Assembly: GCA_041649715.1 (NCBI GenBank)
Contig: JBAZMP010000003.1
Coordinates: forward strand, 36,155 to 100,154
Origin: Patescibacteria group bacterium
Lineage (GTDB): Bacteria > Patescibacteriota > Patescibacteriia > JAXHNJ01
Direction of reading: 5' to 3'
Length of the DNA stretch: 64,000 bases
This document shows positions 47,973 to 57,518 of the stretch, one piece after another. How positions within the stretch are numbered: the stretch's first letter is position 1; each line of letters starts with the position of its first letter. Position numbers and translations under genes: made by a program. The notes below the pieces were generated by a model, which saw nothing but the letters and a program-made list of their open reading frames with translations, made no database searches and was not told where the DNA came from.

Positions 47973-48539
47973 TTATCGCTGGAGTTTTTTCTCCCGCGCT
48001 TTCTGCGAATAAACGCACCCGCAGTAATGTTGGCGGTAAAAACCCTCTTCCTTCGCTTTTTCGCAGGAATGGCGGAAACCGTCATTTTTCTTAAAATCCC
48101 GGTCTAAATAACGCACGCCGTATTCCTCGGCTAATTTTTGCCCTGTTTTATTGATTTCAGCCGAGTTTTTGTACCGGGAAACAGTCAGAGTGGTGCCGAA
48201 AAAATCATAAGCGCCGGTGTGCGCGTAATTAGCCGCGATATCCAGTCTTTGCCAAAAACAGACCCTGCAGCGCTTCCCGCCCTCCGGTTCGTTTTCCAGA
48301 CCAGCCGTCTCTTTAAACCAATTTTGGGGATCATATTTATATTCCACAAAGTCAAAATGATTGTCTTCGCAATACCTTTTTATCTCGGCCACTCTTTTTA
48401 AATATTCTTCCAGAGGATGAATGTTTGGGTTATAAAAAAACGCCGTGATTTCAAATTCATCTTGAAGTTTCTCAAAGACATAAGCGGCGCAGGGCGCGCA
48501 GCAGACATGTAGCAATAATGATGGTATATAGTCAGGCAT
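47973..48539 (-). CDS. queH: Epoxyqueuosine reductase QueH
   Basis: LLLHVCCAPC, FYNPNIHP..EY..R, RC.VC, YRQHYCGCVYS. Confidence 0.93.
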   Translation of the reverse strand: MPDYIPSLLLHVCCAPCAAYVFEKLQDEFEITAFFYNPNIHPLEEYLKRVAEIKRYCEDNHFDFVEYKYDPQNWFKETAGLENEPEGGKRCRVCFWQRLDIAANYAHTGAYDFFGTTLTVSRYKNSAEINKTGQKLAEEYGVRYLDRDFKKNDGFRHSCEKAKEEGFYRQHYCGCVYSQKAREKKLQR

Positions 48540-49218
48540 TTTTATTTTCCAATAACTTTTCCCAGTTGATTTTCAAAACGCCGTATATAATCAGAATCGT
48601 CGAAACCAGCGTTATTATTTCATTATAAAAATTTCCGTTTTCCAGACCCAGGCTGTTTAAACCCGTTTTACCCAGATAAAGAGTGGCGGCAATCATTATC
48701 GCTTTGCCCAGGAATCCCGGGATGAATGCCTTGATAAAATTATAGCGCACCAAGCCCAGGGGGATGAAAATCAGATCATCTGGCAAAGGCGTGAGTCCGA
48801 ATATAAAAATAAATAAAGGCGTGAGACGCGGATGACTCCTGATCCAAGCGTGGATTTTTTCGTACTTTTCCCGATGGTGTTTGTCCGTCAGGCGGCCGCC
48901 GGCATAACCCAACAGATAAGAAATAATTTCACCCAGGGCGGCCCCAAAACCTGAAAGCAGGGACAACCACCAAATATTCAAGCCCGCTGTGGCCAGTAAA
49001 AATACGAAACCGACATAAGGGACCATAATAAATAAACTGGCGCTGCCCACTAGGGAAATAACAAAGGCGCCTAAATAACCGTGAGCCCGGGCAAAACTTT
49101 CCAGGCGGGCATTGAAACCGTCAATATTATTCTGAAATTCCGGAAACAAAAAATAGATCAGGCCGTAAGCCAAGATCAATAAAAGAGAAATGATGAGAAA
49201 CCAGTCCTTGCCTTTCAT
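48532..49218 (-). CDS. DedA/VTT family membrane protein (probable start 49218)
   Basis: GAALGEIISYLLGYAG, TPLPDD, GFLGK. Confidence 0.85.
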   Translation of the reverse strand: MKGKDWFLIISLLLILAYGLIYFLFPEFQNNIDGFNARLESFARAHGYLGAFVISLVGSASLFIMVPYVGFVFLLATAGLNIWWLSLLSGFGAALGEIISYLLGYAGGRLTDKHHREKYEKIHAWIRSHPRLTPLFIFIFGLTPLPDDLIFIPLGLVRYNFIKAFIPGFLGKAIMIAATLYLGKTGLNSLGLENGNFYNEIITLVSTILIIYGVLKINWEKLLENKNA

Positions 49219-49283
49219 ACTTGATCGCTTAATATCGACTAACGGGATTAATTTACCAGAAACGGCCATTTTTTTCAAGCCTA

Positions 49284-49428
49284 TTGAATTAATTTATAAA
49301 AACAATATAATAATAACCAGTTCTTAGGAAATACCAAAACGGGCAAAACCAGGGAAAAATCGAAAAAACCTTCAATACTCCAGGGGAGGGTTCATCGACG
49401 TTTTCCAAAAGGGTTTTGCCCGTTTTTT
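49284..49428 (+). ncRNA. Candidate sRNA 1 (rod hairpin) with promoter
   Basis: TTGAAT-16-TATAAT; 15-bp stem AAAACGGGCAAAACC/GGTTTTGCCCGTTTT with inner helices; T tract. Confidence 0.45.
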
Positions 49429-49443
49429 AAAGCCAAAAACCCC

Positions 49444-49609
49444 TTGATTTTTCCCTAAAAACCTGGTACAATACCAATAGAGAATACTTCTTGTGCCTCC
49501 TTCACCCCCATCGTCAGGAGAAACCTGCTTACTCGACGCTGAGCTCGTTTCTCCCCTGTACTAGAGGTAACGTTTCGGGCCAACCTCCTAAAACGTTACC
49601 TCATTTTTT
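49444..49609 (+). ncRNA. Candidate sRNA 2 (C-rich anti-SD motifs) with promoter and terminator
   Basis: TTGATT-17-TACAAT with TGn; hairpin GGAGAAAC/GTTTCTCC; terminator GAGGTAACGTTT/AAACGTTACCTC plus T tract. Confidence 0.55.
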
Positions 49610-49656
49610 AAAATAAAACGTGCTTGTTTCAGGCACGATTTTTATTTTTTTAAAAT

Positions 49657-50151
49657 CTACTGGTTATTCTTTACAAAAAAATCAAAATCTCTTTGTTTTA
49701 TTTTTCGCCACGAATCCTTAAAACGAGCCCGATTCCCCCATTGTCTTTTTATGAGAAAAAAGATCAGGCCCAGCGGTAAAATAAAAAGTCCTATTTTTTT
49801 AAAGCCAGTTCTTCGCAGCTTGCCTTTTAGGATCGGGCTTCTTGAACCGGCGAAAAACAGTTGGCCCCTGGTTGCCTCTAAAACTTTCTCTAAAAGCTTA
49901 GAGCCGATCTTTTTTCCCCGGTGTCTGTCAAAGACATAAATTAGGGATAATTCTGACCATTGTTTTTTTAGCCGGGTAACCGCGGTAAAACCAACCAGCT
50001 CCTCTTTATCATAAGCGAAAAAAAACTGCCCCCGCTTGATCATCCGCTTTATCTCATCAAACGAATAGGGGCTGAAATTCTCGTGCTCGGCCGTGACCTG
50101 GGCGATTTTTTTGATGTCTTCTTCGGATTTTATGGCCTGAATGATTTCCAT
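49657..50151 (-). CDS. GNAT family acetyltransferase
   Basis: LVGF, ELSLIYV...HRGKKIGSKLL (motif A). Confidence 0.85.
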   Translation of the reverse strand: MEIIQAIKSEEDIKKIAQVTAEHENFSPYSFDEIKRMIKRGQFFFAYDKEELVGFTAVTRLKKQWSELSLIYVFDRHRGKKIGSKLLEKVLEATRGQLFFAGSRSPILKGKLRRTGFKKIGLFILPLGLIFFLIKRQWGNRARFKDSWRKIKQRDFDFFVKNNQ

Positions 50152-50158
50152 CTTACTT

Positions 50159-51424
50159 TTACGGCTTAAAATATTTTTTACCCGTCAATCTCTTGGGCAG
50201 ATAATCTTGCTTGCCCTCTTCCGCGTCATAATCATGCGAATACTTATAATTTTTGCCATAACCCAGCTCTTTCATTAGATCCGTCACCGCGTTGCGCATA
50301 TTAAGCGGCACCGGTTCATTCAGAGTTTCCTGTACGTCTTTTTTGGCGGCTATCAAGCCCATATAGGTTGAATTATTTTTCAAGGCTAAGGCTAAATAGA
50401 CCGCCACGTGGGCTAAATTAATCTGGCACTCCGGCAAACCCACTTGGTCGCAGGCATTAAAACAAGCCGCCGCCAGGGGCAAAGCATTTGGATCAGCCAA
50501 AGAAATATCTTCCGAAGCGAAAATTACCATTCGCCGAGCAATATATAAAGGATCCTGGCCCGCCTCAATCATACGCGCCAGCCAATACAAAGCAGCGTCG
50601 GGGTCTGAACCCCTCATAGACTTGATGAAGGCCGAAATAATGTTATAATACTCCTCTCCCTTTTTATCAAAATATATCGCTTTGTGTTGCAAAGCTTCTT
50701 TAATATCCTCGAATTTAATATGACGAAAACCAGACTTGTCTGGTCGGGCCGCTTTGACGGCCAACTCAATCGCGTTTAGAGCGGAGCGCGCGTCACCGTT
50801 GGCCCCGGTTAAAAGCAAGCCCAAGGCCTTCTTCTCCAGCCTTACTTTATATTTACCCAAACCGACTTTTTGGTCTTTTAAAGCATTTTTGATAATTTTG
50901 CCCAAGTCATCTTCGCCTAAAGCTTCCAAGACGAAAACACGTGAGCGGGACAATAGCGGGGCGATCACTTCGAAAGAAGGATTCTCGGTGGTGGCGCCGA
51001 TAAAAACGATTATTCCCTGCTCCACGTGAGGCAGTAAAGCATCCTGCTGGGCTTTGTTCCAGCGGTGAATTTCATCGACGAATAAAATAGTGCGTTGGTT
51101 CTTAAATTTTCTTCTTTCTTTCGCTTCCTTAATGACATTCATTAAAACATCCTTGCCGGAAGTGACGGCCGAGATCTGGACAAAAACGCTTTTTGTCATG
51201 TGGGCGATGATCCGGGCCAACGTCGTTTTCCCCGAACCCGGCGGCCCCCATAAGATCAAAGAAAATAATTCGTCATTTTCGATCGCCTGCCTTAATATCT
51301 TTCCCTGGCCGACGATCTTTTCCTGGCCGGCAAAACCGGAAAAATCCCGCGGCCGCAGCCGGTCGGCTAAAGGCGCTTCACGGGCTAATTCTTTGTCTAA
51401 TTTTAGGTCAAATAAATCGGGCAT
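50159..51424 (-). CDS. rarA: Replication-associated recombination protein A (MgsA)
   Basis: PLADRLRP, GPPGSGKTT, DEIHRWNKAQQD, GATTENP, SAFIKSMRGSDPDAA. Confidence 0.96.
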   Translation of the reverse strand: MPDLFDLKLDKELAREAPLADRLRPRDFSGFAGQEKIVGQGKILRQAIENDELFSLILWGPPGSGKTTLARIIAHMTKSVFVQISAVTSGKDVLMNVIKEAKERRKFKNQRTILFVDEIHRWNKAQQDALLPHVEQGIIVFIGATTENPSFEVIAPLLSRSRVFVLEALGEDDLGKIIKNALKDQKVGLGKYKVRLEKKALGLLLTGANGDARSALNAIELAVKAARPDKSGFRHIKFEDIKEALQHKAIYFDKKGEEYYNIISAFIKSMRGSDPDAALYWLARMIEAGQDPLYIARRMVIFASEDISLADPNALPLAAACFNACDQVGLPECQINLAHVAVYLALALKNNSTYMGLIAAKKDVQETLNEPVPLNMRNAVTDLMKELGYGKNYKYSHDYDAEEGKQDYLPKRLTGKKYFKP

Positions 51425-51425
51425 A

Positions 51426-51974
51426 TTATTTGAAATAGTAATGTTTATATCCTTTCTTTTTCATCAGCATGGCATGGTATCTTAAATGCTTGATAAAATC
51501 TTTCTGACTAATGCCAAGTTTACAAAAAATATAGAGAATTTTGTTATTATTCTGTTGGTTGTCTTTGCCCTGTATTTCCACCTCGACAAAATTACCCAAA
51601 CCCCTAACTTTATCCAAACAGATCTCTGCGTTCCGATAAATATAGTATTCTCTTATTTTTTCTACCACCACAATTTTTTTGGCCCCTAACAGGTTCAAAA
51701 TCCTAGTCAGCATTCCGTAATCGTAAACAACTAATTCATTCTCCTCGCCGGCCGTGGCGCTGATATACCGATGATACTCCAGCCTCGCCTGACCGCTGAT
51801 TTTATCATAACGGGTACGCAAAACACCCCGACCTAAGGGAGTAAACCTCCTGGCCTGAGGTAAATAATAAGTATCAATCTGGTGCTTTATCACTTTCTTT
51901 CTTGCCCCTATTTTCCGAAGTCTAGACTTAACGGCTTTTAAATCCTTAGCCCTGGCTTTTATTTCAATTTCCAT
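51426..51974 (-). CDS. CYTH domain protein (class IV adenylate cyclase-like)
   Basis: EIEIK, Q.DTYY, LR.R, V.K.R, LD.V.GLG.FVEVE. Confidence 0.88.
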   Translation of the reverse strand: MEIEIKARAKDLKAVKSRLRKIGARKKVIKHQIDTYYLPQARRFTPLGRGVLRTRYDKISGQARLEYHRYISATAGEENELVVYDYGMLTRILNLLGAKKIVVVEKIREYYIYRNAEICLDKVRGLGNFVEVEIQGKDNQQNNNKILYIFCKLGISQKDFIKHLRYHAMLMKKKGYKHYYFK

Positions 51975-52049
51975 GACTATAATATTAACACTTTATTTAG
52001 AAAGAAAAAACCTCTGATTTTAAAGAGGTCATATTTATTTTTGTTTTAG

Positions 52050-52739
52050 TTAAGCGCCGAATCTGCGCTGCCTTCGGGAATATTCTGCAATCGCCTCATC
52101 TAAATCTTTCTCGCTAAAATCCGGCCAATGCTTCTTGATAAAATATAGCTCGGAATATGAGGATTGCCAGGTTAAAAAATTGGACAGCCTCATTTCTCCT
52201 GAAGTCCTGATGATCAGATCCGGATCCGGCATACCGGCCGTGTATAGATTTTCCGCGACCAGTTTTTCCGTGATTTTAACCGGGTTAATTTTTTTCGCCA
52301 CTATTTTTTTTACGGCGTCGATAATCTCCGGCCGGCCGCCATAGTTGATGGCGATATTCAAAATGCCGCGAGTGTTGTTTTTTGTCAATGCCATGGTTTC
52401 CCCGATCGCTTTCTGCAGATCTTTTGACAATTCTTTTATCCGCCCGATGACCTGGACTTTCACATTTTTTTTATGAAGGCTTCTGATATCGGTGGTTAAG
52501 CCGTGTTTCAGCAACCTCATCAGATAGGCCACTTCTTTTTTGGAACGGTTCCAGTTTTCCGTAGAAAAAGCGTAAACAGTCAGAATTTTAATCCCCTTCT
52601 TCAGGCATAAATCCCCCATTTTCATGATCTTGTCGTAACCCTTTTTGTGGCCGTACAAAGTCGGCAAACCGCGCGCGCGGGCCCAGCGCCGGTTACCGTC
52701 CATAATGATGCCTAAATGTCGAGGGATTTTTTCGGCCAT
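52050..52739 (-). CDS. uppS: Undecaprenyl diphosphate synthase
   Basis: HLGIIMDGNRRWA, YAFSTENWNR, NYGGR, IRTSGEMRLSNFL. Confidence 0.97.
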   Translation of the reverse strand: MAEKIPRHLGIIMDGNRRWARARGLPTLYGHKKGYDKIMKMGDLCLKKGIKILTVYAFSTENWNRSKKEVAYLMRLLKHGLTTDIRSLHKKNVKVQVIGRIKELSKDLQKAIGETMALTKNNTRGILNIAINYGGRPEIIDAVKKIVAKKINPVKITEKLVAENLYTAGMPDPDLIIRTSGEMRLSNFLTWQSSYSELYFIKKHWPDFSEKDLDEAIAEYSRRQRRFGA

Positions 52740-52818
52740 AAAAAAGAATTTTTTCGTAATATTAATGGATTAGTTCTATTCTAACCGATATTTTTTGTTT
52801 GGTCAAGTAAGCCAAAAT

Positions 52819-52847
52819 TTGACTAAAATAAGACCAGTTGATAGGAT
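52819..52847 (+). promoter_or_regulatory. Promoter of tRNA locus
   Basis: TTGACT-17-TAGGAT with TGn. Confidence 0.65.
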
Positions 52848-52869
52848 ATTAATATCAAAAAATTTCTGG

Positions 52870-53119
52870 CGGGGTATGGCCTCGAAGGCATCGGCGCACG
52901 CTTCGCCCCGCAAAATTTTAACTCCATTAAAATTATACGGGGTAAAGGTGCGTTCAAGAAGAGCGGGTCGCACCGGGGTATGGCCTAATTGGCAAGGCGC
53001 ACGCTTCGGGTGCGTGAGATTCTGGGTTCAACTCCCAGTACCCCGATGCGACCCGCTGGTTCACCCTGTCATACTATGGGGTGCCACGGGTTTATCCCGT
53101 GGCAACTCCCCCGGTACCC
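52870..53119 (+). pseudogene. Degenerate tRNA-Pro copy split around the intact tRNA and interrupted by palindromic insertions
   Basis: Colinear blocks CGGGGTATGGCCT, GGCGCACGCTTCG, GGTGCGT upstream and GGTTCA, ACTCCC, GTACCC downstream match the tRNA in order. Confidence 0.65.
52974..53046 (+). tRNA. tRNA-Pro (CGG), CCA not encoded
   Basis: Acceptor CGGGGTA/TACCCCG; anticodon arm CACGC-TTCGGGT-GCGTG; T arm CTGGG-TTCAACT-CCCAG. Confidence 0.95.
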
Positions 53120-53399
53120 AATTATATTATTTCCTAAAAACAGCAAATCCTTCAAAAGGCTGTTTTTTATTTTAGAAATTCTAACAATTAAACCAAGCCA
53201 AGTATAATGTTTTTTGAAGCAACAAATCAGTAAGTCTGTATAAAAAATGCTTTTACAAAACGTTAAATTAGATATCATAAAAATAGACCGACACTTGCAA
53301 AAATCGTGAAAATATGGTAAAATATATTAATTCAACCTTAATTTCTTATCATACATATCTTAAAGCAAACTCTTATAAGTATTATATATTTTTACGGCG

Positions 53400-56300
53400 A
53401 TGAATGAAACTGGGGCAAAAGAAAACCAACCAGACGTTTTAGACGTTTTAGAAACAAGCGCTGAAGAACCAAAAAAGAAAGAAACGCAAGAGGATATCTC
53501 ACGAGATTCTCTCATTCCCCGGCTGTCTAACCAAAAAGCAGCCATGGATTTTAATATTGAATCAAGGGCGAGGTTAATCCAAAGTATTTTTCACTCTCTA
53601 GAAAATGGAGTTGAACCCGGTGTAACATTGCCAGAAAAGGAAATGCTAAAACCCGAGGCAGTACTAAGAAAAATTGAAAAAAACATATCTCGACTATCTA
53701 ATCCCACTATTGATGATATCTCGAGTGTGCTTACCTCCTCGGGCATGGAAATGGCTGGTATCAAGTCAGGTCTTCTTATCGATAGAACTAAAATCGAATC
53801 TCTTGCTAATGATAAAAAAAATCTAGGTGATAAAAATGATGAATTTTCCGCCAGATTGGCCGCCGAAGAGAAAAGAAATTTTTTTGTTAAAATATTCCGG
53901 GGGAAAATGAGACGGGAGTTGGCAGACCAGATTAAAGAAATATCCGTTCAAAGGACGAAAACTGAATTCCTGATTGAAGATAGCCAGTCAGCGGCTAATG
54001 ACACCGAAAGTGTAATAGAACGTATATCAAAGCTAAGACAAGACCTTTGCCTTAAAGCCTCTCAACAACTATTCCAGGAAGTAATTGAACAGTATAACCA
54101 GTTCCATGAAAATTTAACGACTCCCGAGGTAAAACAAGCGTTAAATAGCGATCTAATCGCCAAAGAAGTGGAACCAGCCCTTTGGATATTGATCTCCAAC
54201 GAAGATCTTACCGTAGAAGAGGCAAACGAATATATTGAACTCTTAAAAGCTCAGTTGGCCGAAGACAACCAAAGGCATTGGGATGAACCGCCCGAAAAAG
54301 AAGAAGTCAGGCGCCAGCGAAGAAAAAGAATAGAAGAACTTAACCAACAATCAGATTATCAGCTGAGAGATATCGGCAATCGAGTTGACCGCCAAGAATC
54401 TTTAGCGGCGGATAATCACTATAACGAGATATTTAATTTTCTGCTCCGGGAAGAAACAAGAAGCAAGGTAGAACAGCTCTATAATTCACTGAAAGATTCT
54501 TTAAGCCCTGAATTACAAAACGAATTTGAAAGAATATTTACTGAAAAAAACATGATTTTAGATAATAATAATTTACCAATTAAAGAATTCGACAGACTTA
54601 CGGGGCTGGAACGATGGCAGATCGTTAAAAATTTTACCAAAAATTCAAATATCATATCAAGAGAAACTTTTTCGCGTACGGAAAAAATCATCATCAACAG
54701 GCTATTCAAGGAAGAGCTTTTTCCCGGCGGCCGAGAATCATGGTCGGGAACCTACGCCGCGATAAAACTCGGGGCGCTTGAAAATCCCGAGGCATTACCG
54801 CTTATGCTAAGACACATTGAATCTTCAGGCGTCGGACATACTAATAATGCGGTCGCATATGAAATGGAAAAACTGATGCAAAAAAGCAATCCGACTGAAC
54901 TTCAACAAGTCTTGGAAGCTTTACCTAAAAATAAAAGAGCTTTACTCCAAACCATGGTTGACGAAAATTCATACATGAGCCGTTTCGGCCGTTGCAACTC
55001 TCGCTATATTACCTGCGATCTTTTGCAAAAAGGCGACATAACGCTTAAACAAGAACAATATGCGAAATTATTAGAAGAGACCGGACTGCCTGAAGAAGAA
55101 TTAGGGGAATTTTATCTTTTATTCGGAGACAGGGAAAAGATATTGGAACAAATCAAAAAAGTGTCTGAACTGGCGGGTGAAGATAAAAAACAAGCAATCA
55201 ATAATTATTTTGAAGTGCTAACTTCGTATATTGAGCCCGAATCCCCGGAATCTCTAAAAATCATTGATGCCTTGTCAAACGAATTGGAGGTTCCCAAAAC
55301 AGATCTTCTTGTTCGTTGCGTGGAAAAATTTGAGAAACCTCGCCGAAACCATATACTAAGAAAAGTGGTATCACCCGATGATAAGGATTATGCGAGCTTC
55401 CCTCTCGCTTTTTCCAAACTATATTTTGGCTTAGAAAAAGACTCTCTTGAAAAATTAGCTAAAGTTTATCAAACAAAAAGTTTACAAACCAGCAGCCTCG
55501 AAAGAGAATTTTTTCTTGAAGGGCTTTTATTACTCAAGGGGAAGGAAAACGGCAAAATCGTTCTGGATATTTTATTAGATAGATACAAAGGGGCAAAAGA
55601 TGATCCCAAAAGAATGAGACGCATATTTCAAACTCTTTCGACGCTTGATGGTTTTGGCGAATACGGCCTGGCGGTACCAAATCCAGACAAAGAAATGAAG
55701 ATAAACCAAGAAATCTTTAATCTGCAAAATCAATATTCACAAACACAAGATAAAGCGGGGCGAAAAGTAATAAAAAATCGGATTGAAGGGTTAAATAGCG
55801 ACCGGCAAAATCTGACGGGATTAAAAGGTATTGAAGACGCCATGATAGAAAAAGTGGTCTCGGTCGCGTGCCGACGGCTGGAATTACCGCCAGAATTTCA
55901 AAAAAAGATAGAGAATAATTTAGACGAGTTGCTGAAAAACGGCGTATTTGAAATAGTCCCAACTTTAGCGGGAAAATATGAAGAAAAGGACGAAAGAGAA
56001 ACTAAAAATCTTCTAAAAATAATAACTTCTCATATTATAGAAGGTGACTTCAAATCATGGCGATATTCACACGAGCGAAGCGAAAAACAATTATCTGGCT
56101 TGACAGAAGAACAAAAAGATTATTGGATAAAAGCATCAGAACCCGTCACTCTTGAAATCGAATCCTCTAGAGACGAGAAAGAAAAACGGGCAGAAGAGTT
56201 GAGGGCAGCCCAAGAAATAATTTTAAATGCCAAAGAGCATATAATAAATTCGCAACCGGACTTTGATTTTTCGAAAGAAAGAGCACGAACACTGACAGAA

Positions 56301-57131
56301 AAAACAAAGGAATTAACGGAAAAAATTAAATTAGCTACTTCTCCAGACGAAAAACAAAAATTGATTGCTGAAAAAAGGAATGCTCAAGCGATAGCGACAT
56401 TAATCAATGGCCTCCTGGAAATTGAAAACGCAACCCCGCAATCTTTCGCCCGCGAAAAAATAGTTACACAAGCTAGAGAATTATCCGAAAAAATGGTCGA
56501 GCTAAATATGCCGCTAGCCAATCTGGATTTGGAACAAATGGAGAAAATATTTACCGTTGGGGATATAAAAAGCGTAAAAGCTTACGAATCGGATGATCCG
56601 CTAACCTTACTAAATATAGGGGTGGAACCGCAAGAAACCTGCCAATCGTGGAGAAACGGAGGATTTAATGAATGTTTACTGGCTTATGTGGCTGATAGTA
56701 ATAAAAAGGTTATTAATGTCGCCGATGAAGAAGGCCGAATTATCGCTCGCAGCGTTATCAAACTTAATGATTACAAAAATGAAAACGACACCGAATCTAA
56801 AACACAGAAAAAAACTATACTTTTGGAAAAACCGTATTCTTTGCGGCCGAATATAGAAGTTTACCGCGCTTTTGCGCGCGTACTATTAGCAAAAGCCCAG
56901 GGTCTTGATTCTTCGATTACTCTAAGTAATGGCTTGGATCAAGACATTATCAAAATTTTTGAAGAAGAGGCGCGCGCTTTCGGATATGAAATAAATGAGG
57001 GTAAATTTGAGATTTATATACCGCCGAGCTTGAACAAATACGAATATAGCGATTCATTAGGCGGTAAAATCGAATGGTTTGACAGATATCAAACAATTAA
57101 TGCAACGACATTTGAAAAAATTAAGTCATAA
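53400..57131 (+). CDS. Large helical hypothetical protein (1243 aa)
   Basis: Long E/K/L-rich ORF with a distinct C-terminal block (ETCQSWRNGGFNECLLAYVAD..IIARSVIKL..LLEKPY). Confidence 0.8.
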   Translation: MNETGAKENQPDVLDVLETSAEEPKKKETQEDISRDSLIPRLSNQKAAMDFNIESRARLIQSIFHSLENGVEPGVTLPEKEMLKPEAVLRKIEKNISRLSNPTIDDISSVLTSSGMEMAGIKSGLLIDRTKIESLANDKKNLGDKNDEFSARLAAEEKRNFFVKIFRGKMRRELADQIKEISVQRTKTEFLIEDSQSAANDTESVIERISKLRQDLCLKASQQLFQEVIEQYNQFHENLTTPEVKQALNSDLIAKEVEPALWILISNEDLTVEEANEYIELLKAQLAEDNQRHWDEPPEKEEVRRQRRKRIEELNQQSDYQLRDIGNRVDRQESLAADNHYNEIFNFLLREETRSKVEQLYNSLKDSLSPELQNEFERIFTEKNMILDNNNLPIKEFDRLTGLERWQIVKNFTKNSNIISRETFSRTEKIIINRLFKEELFPGGRESWSGTYAAIKLGALENPEALPLMLRHIESSGVGHTNNAVAYEMEKLMQKSNPTELQQVLEALPKNKRALLQTMVDENSYMSRFGRCNSRYITCDLLQKGDITLKQEQYAKLLEETGLPEEELGEFYLLFGDREKILEQIKKVSELAGEDKKQAINNYFEVLTSYIEPESPESLKIIDALSNELEVPKTDLLVRCVEKFEKPRRNHILRKVVSPDDKDYASFPLAFSKLYFGLEKDSLEKLAKVYQTKSLQTSSLEREFFLEGLLLLKGKENGKIVLDILLDRYKGAKDDPKRMRRIFQTLSTLDGFGEYGLAVPNPDKEMKINQEIFNLQNQYSQTQDKAGRKVIKNRIEGLNSDRQNLTGLKGIEDAMIEKVVSVACRRLELPPEFQKKIENNLDELLKNGVFEIVPTLAGKYEEKDERETKNLLKIITSHIIEGDFKSWRYSHERSEKQLSGLTEEQKDYWIKASEPVTLEIESSRDEKEKRAEELRAAQEIILNAKEHIINSQPDFDFSKERARTLTEKTKELTEKIKLATSPDEKQKLIAEKRNAQAIATLINGLLEIENATPQSFAREKIVTQARELSEKMVELNMPLANLDLEQMEKIFTVGDIKSVKAYESDDPLTLLNIGVEPQETCQSWRNGGFNECLLAYVADSNKKVINVADEEGRIIARSVIKLNDYKNENDTESKTQKKTILLEKPYSLRPNIEVYRAFARVLLAKAQGLDSSITLSNGLDQDIIKIFEEEARAFGYEINEGKFEIYIPPSLNKYEYSDSLGGKIEWFDRYQTINATTFEKIKS

Positions 57132-57134
57132 ATT

Positions 57135-57464
57135 ATGAATTCGTTAACAACCTTATTAAAACAAGGCTTGATGTATCCCTATCGTTTTATCAAAGGCAGA
57201 GGTCAAAAAACTATGATTACTATCGATCAAATCAAACCTAACGAAGGGGCTATCGTCGAAGAACAAGGAAAGAAAATTGCCGTGTACAAAGATAACAGTG
57301 GCAACATCATAAAAATGTCGCCTGTCTGCACCCACCTAAGTTGTATTATCGGCTGGAATGAAACGGAAAAAACCTGGGACTGTCCTTGCCACGGTTCTCG
57401 CTTCGACGCTTCCGGCCATGTCATTAACGGCCCGGCCAAAAAGAATCTTGAGCCGAAAAACTGA
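57135..57464 (+). CDS. Stand-alone Rieske [2Fe-2S] protein
   Basis: CTHLSC, WDCPCHGSRF, GPA. Confidence 0.9.
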   Translation: MNSLTTLLKQGLMYPYRFIKGRGQKTMITIDQIKPNEGAIVEEQGKKIAVYKDNSGNIIKMSPVCTHLSCIIGWNETEKTWDCPCHGSRFDASGHVINGPAKKNLEPKN

Positions 57465-57480
57465 TTAATTTTAAAGTTTA

Positions 57481-57518
57481 AAAAAAGAAAGCCCCGATTT
57501 TCCGAGGCTTTCTTTTTT
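57481..57518. terminator. Bidirectional terminator
   Basis: AAAAGAAAGCC/GGCTTTCTTTT stem between convergent genes. Confidence 0.75.

Noticed and set aside
52795-53278. ORFs overlapping the tRNA locus
   Set aside because: Shadow ORFs over structured RNA and palindromes; no protein-like features.
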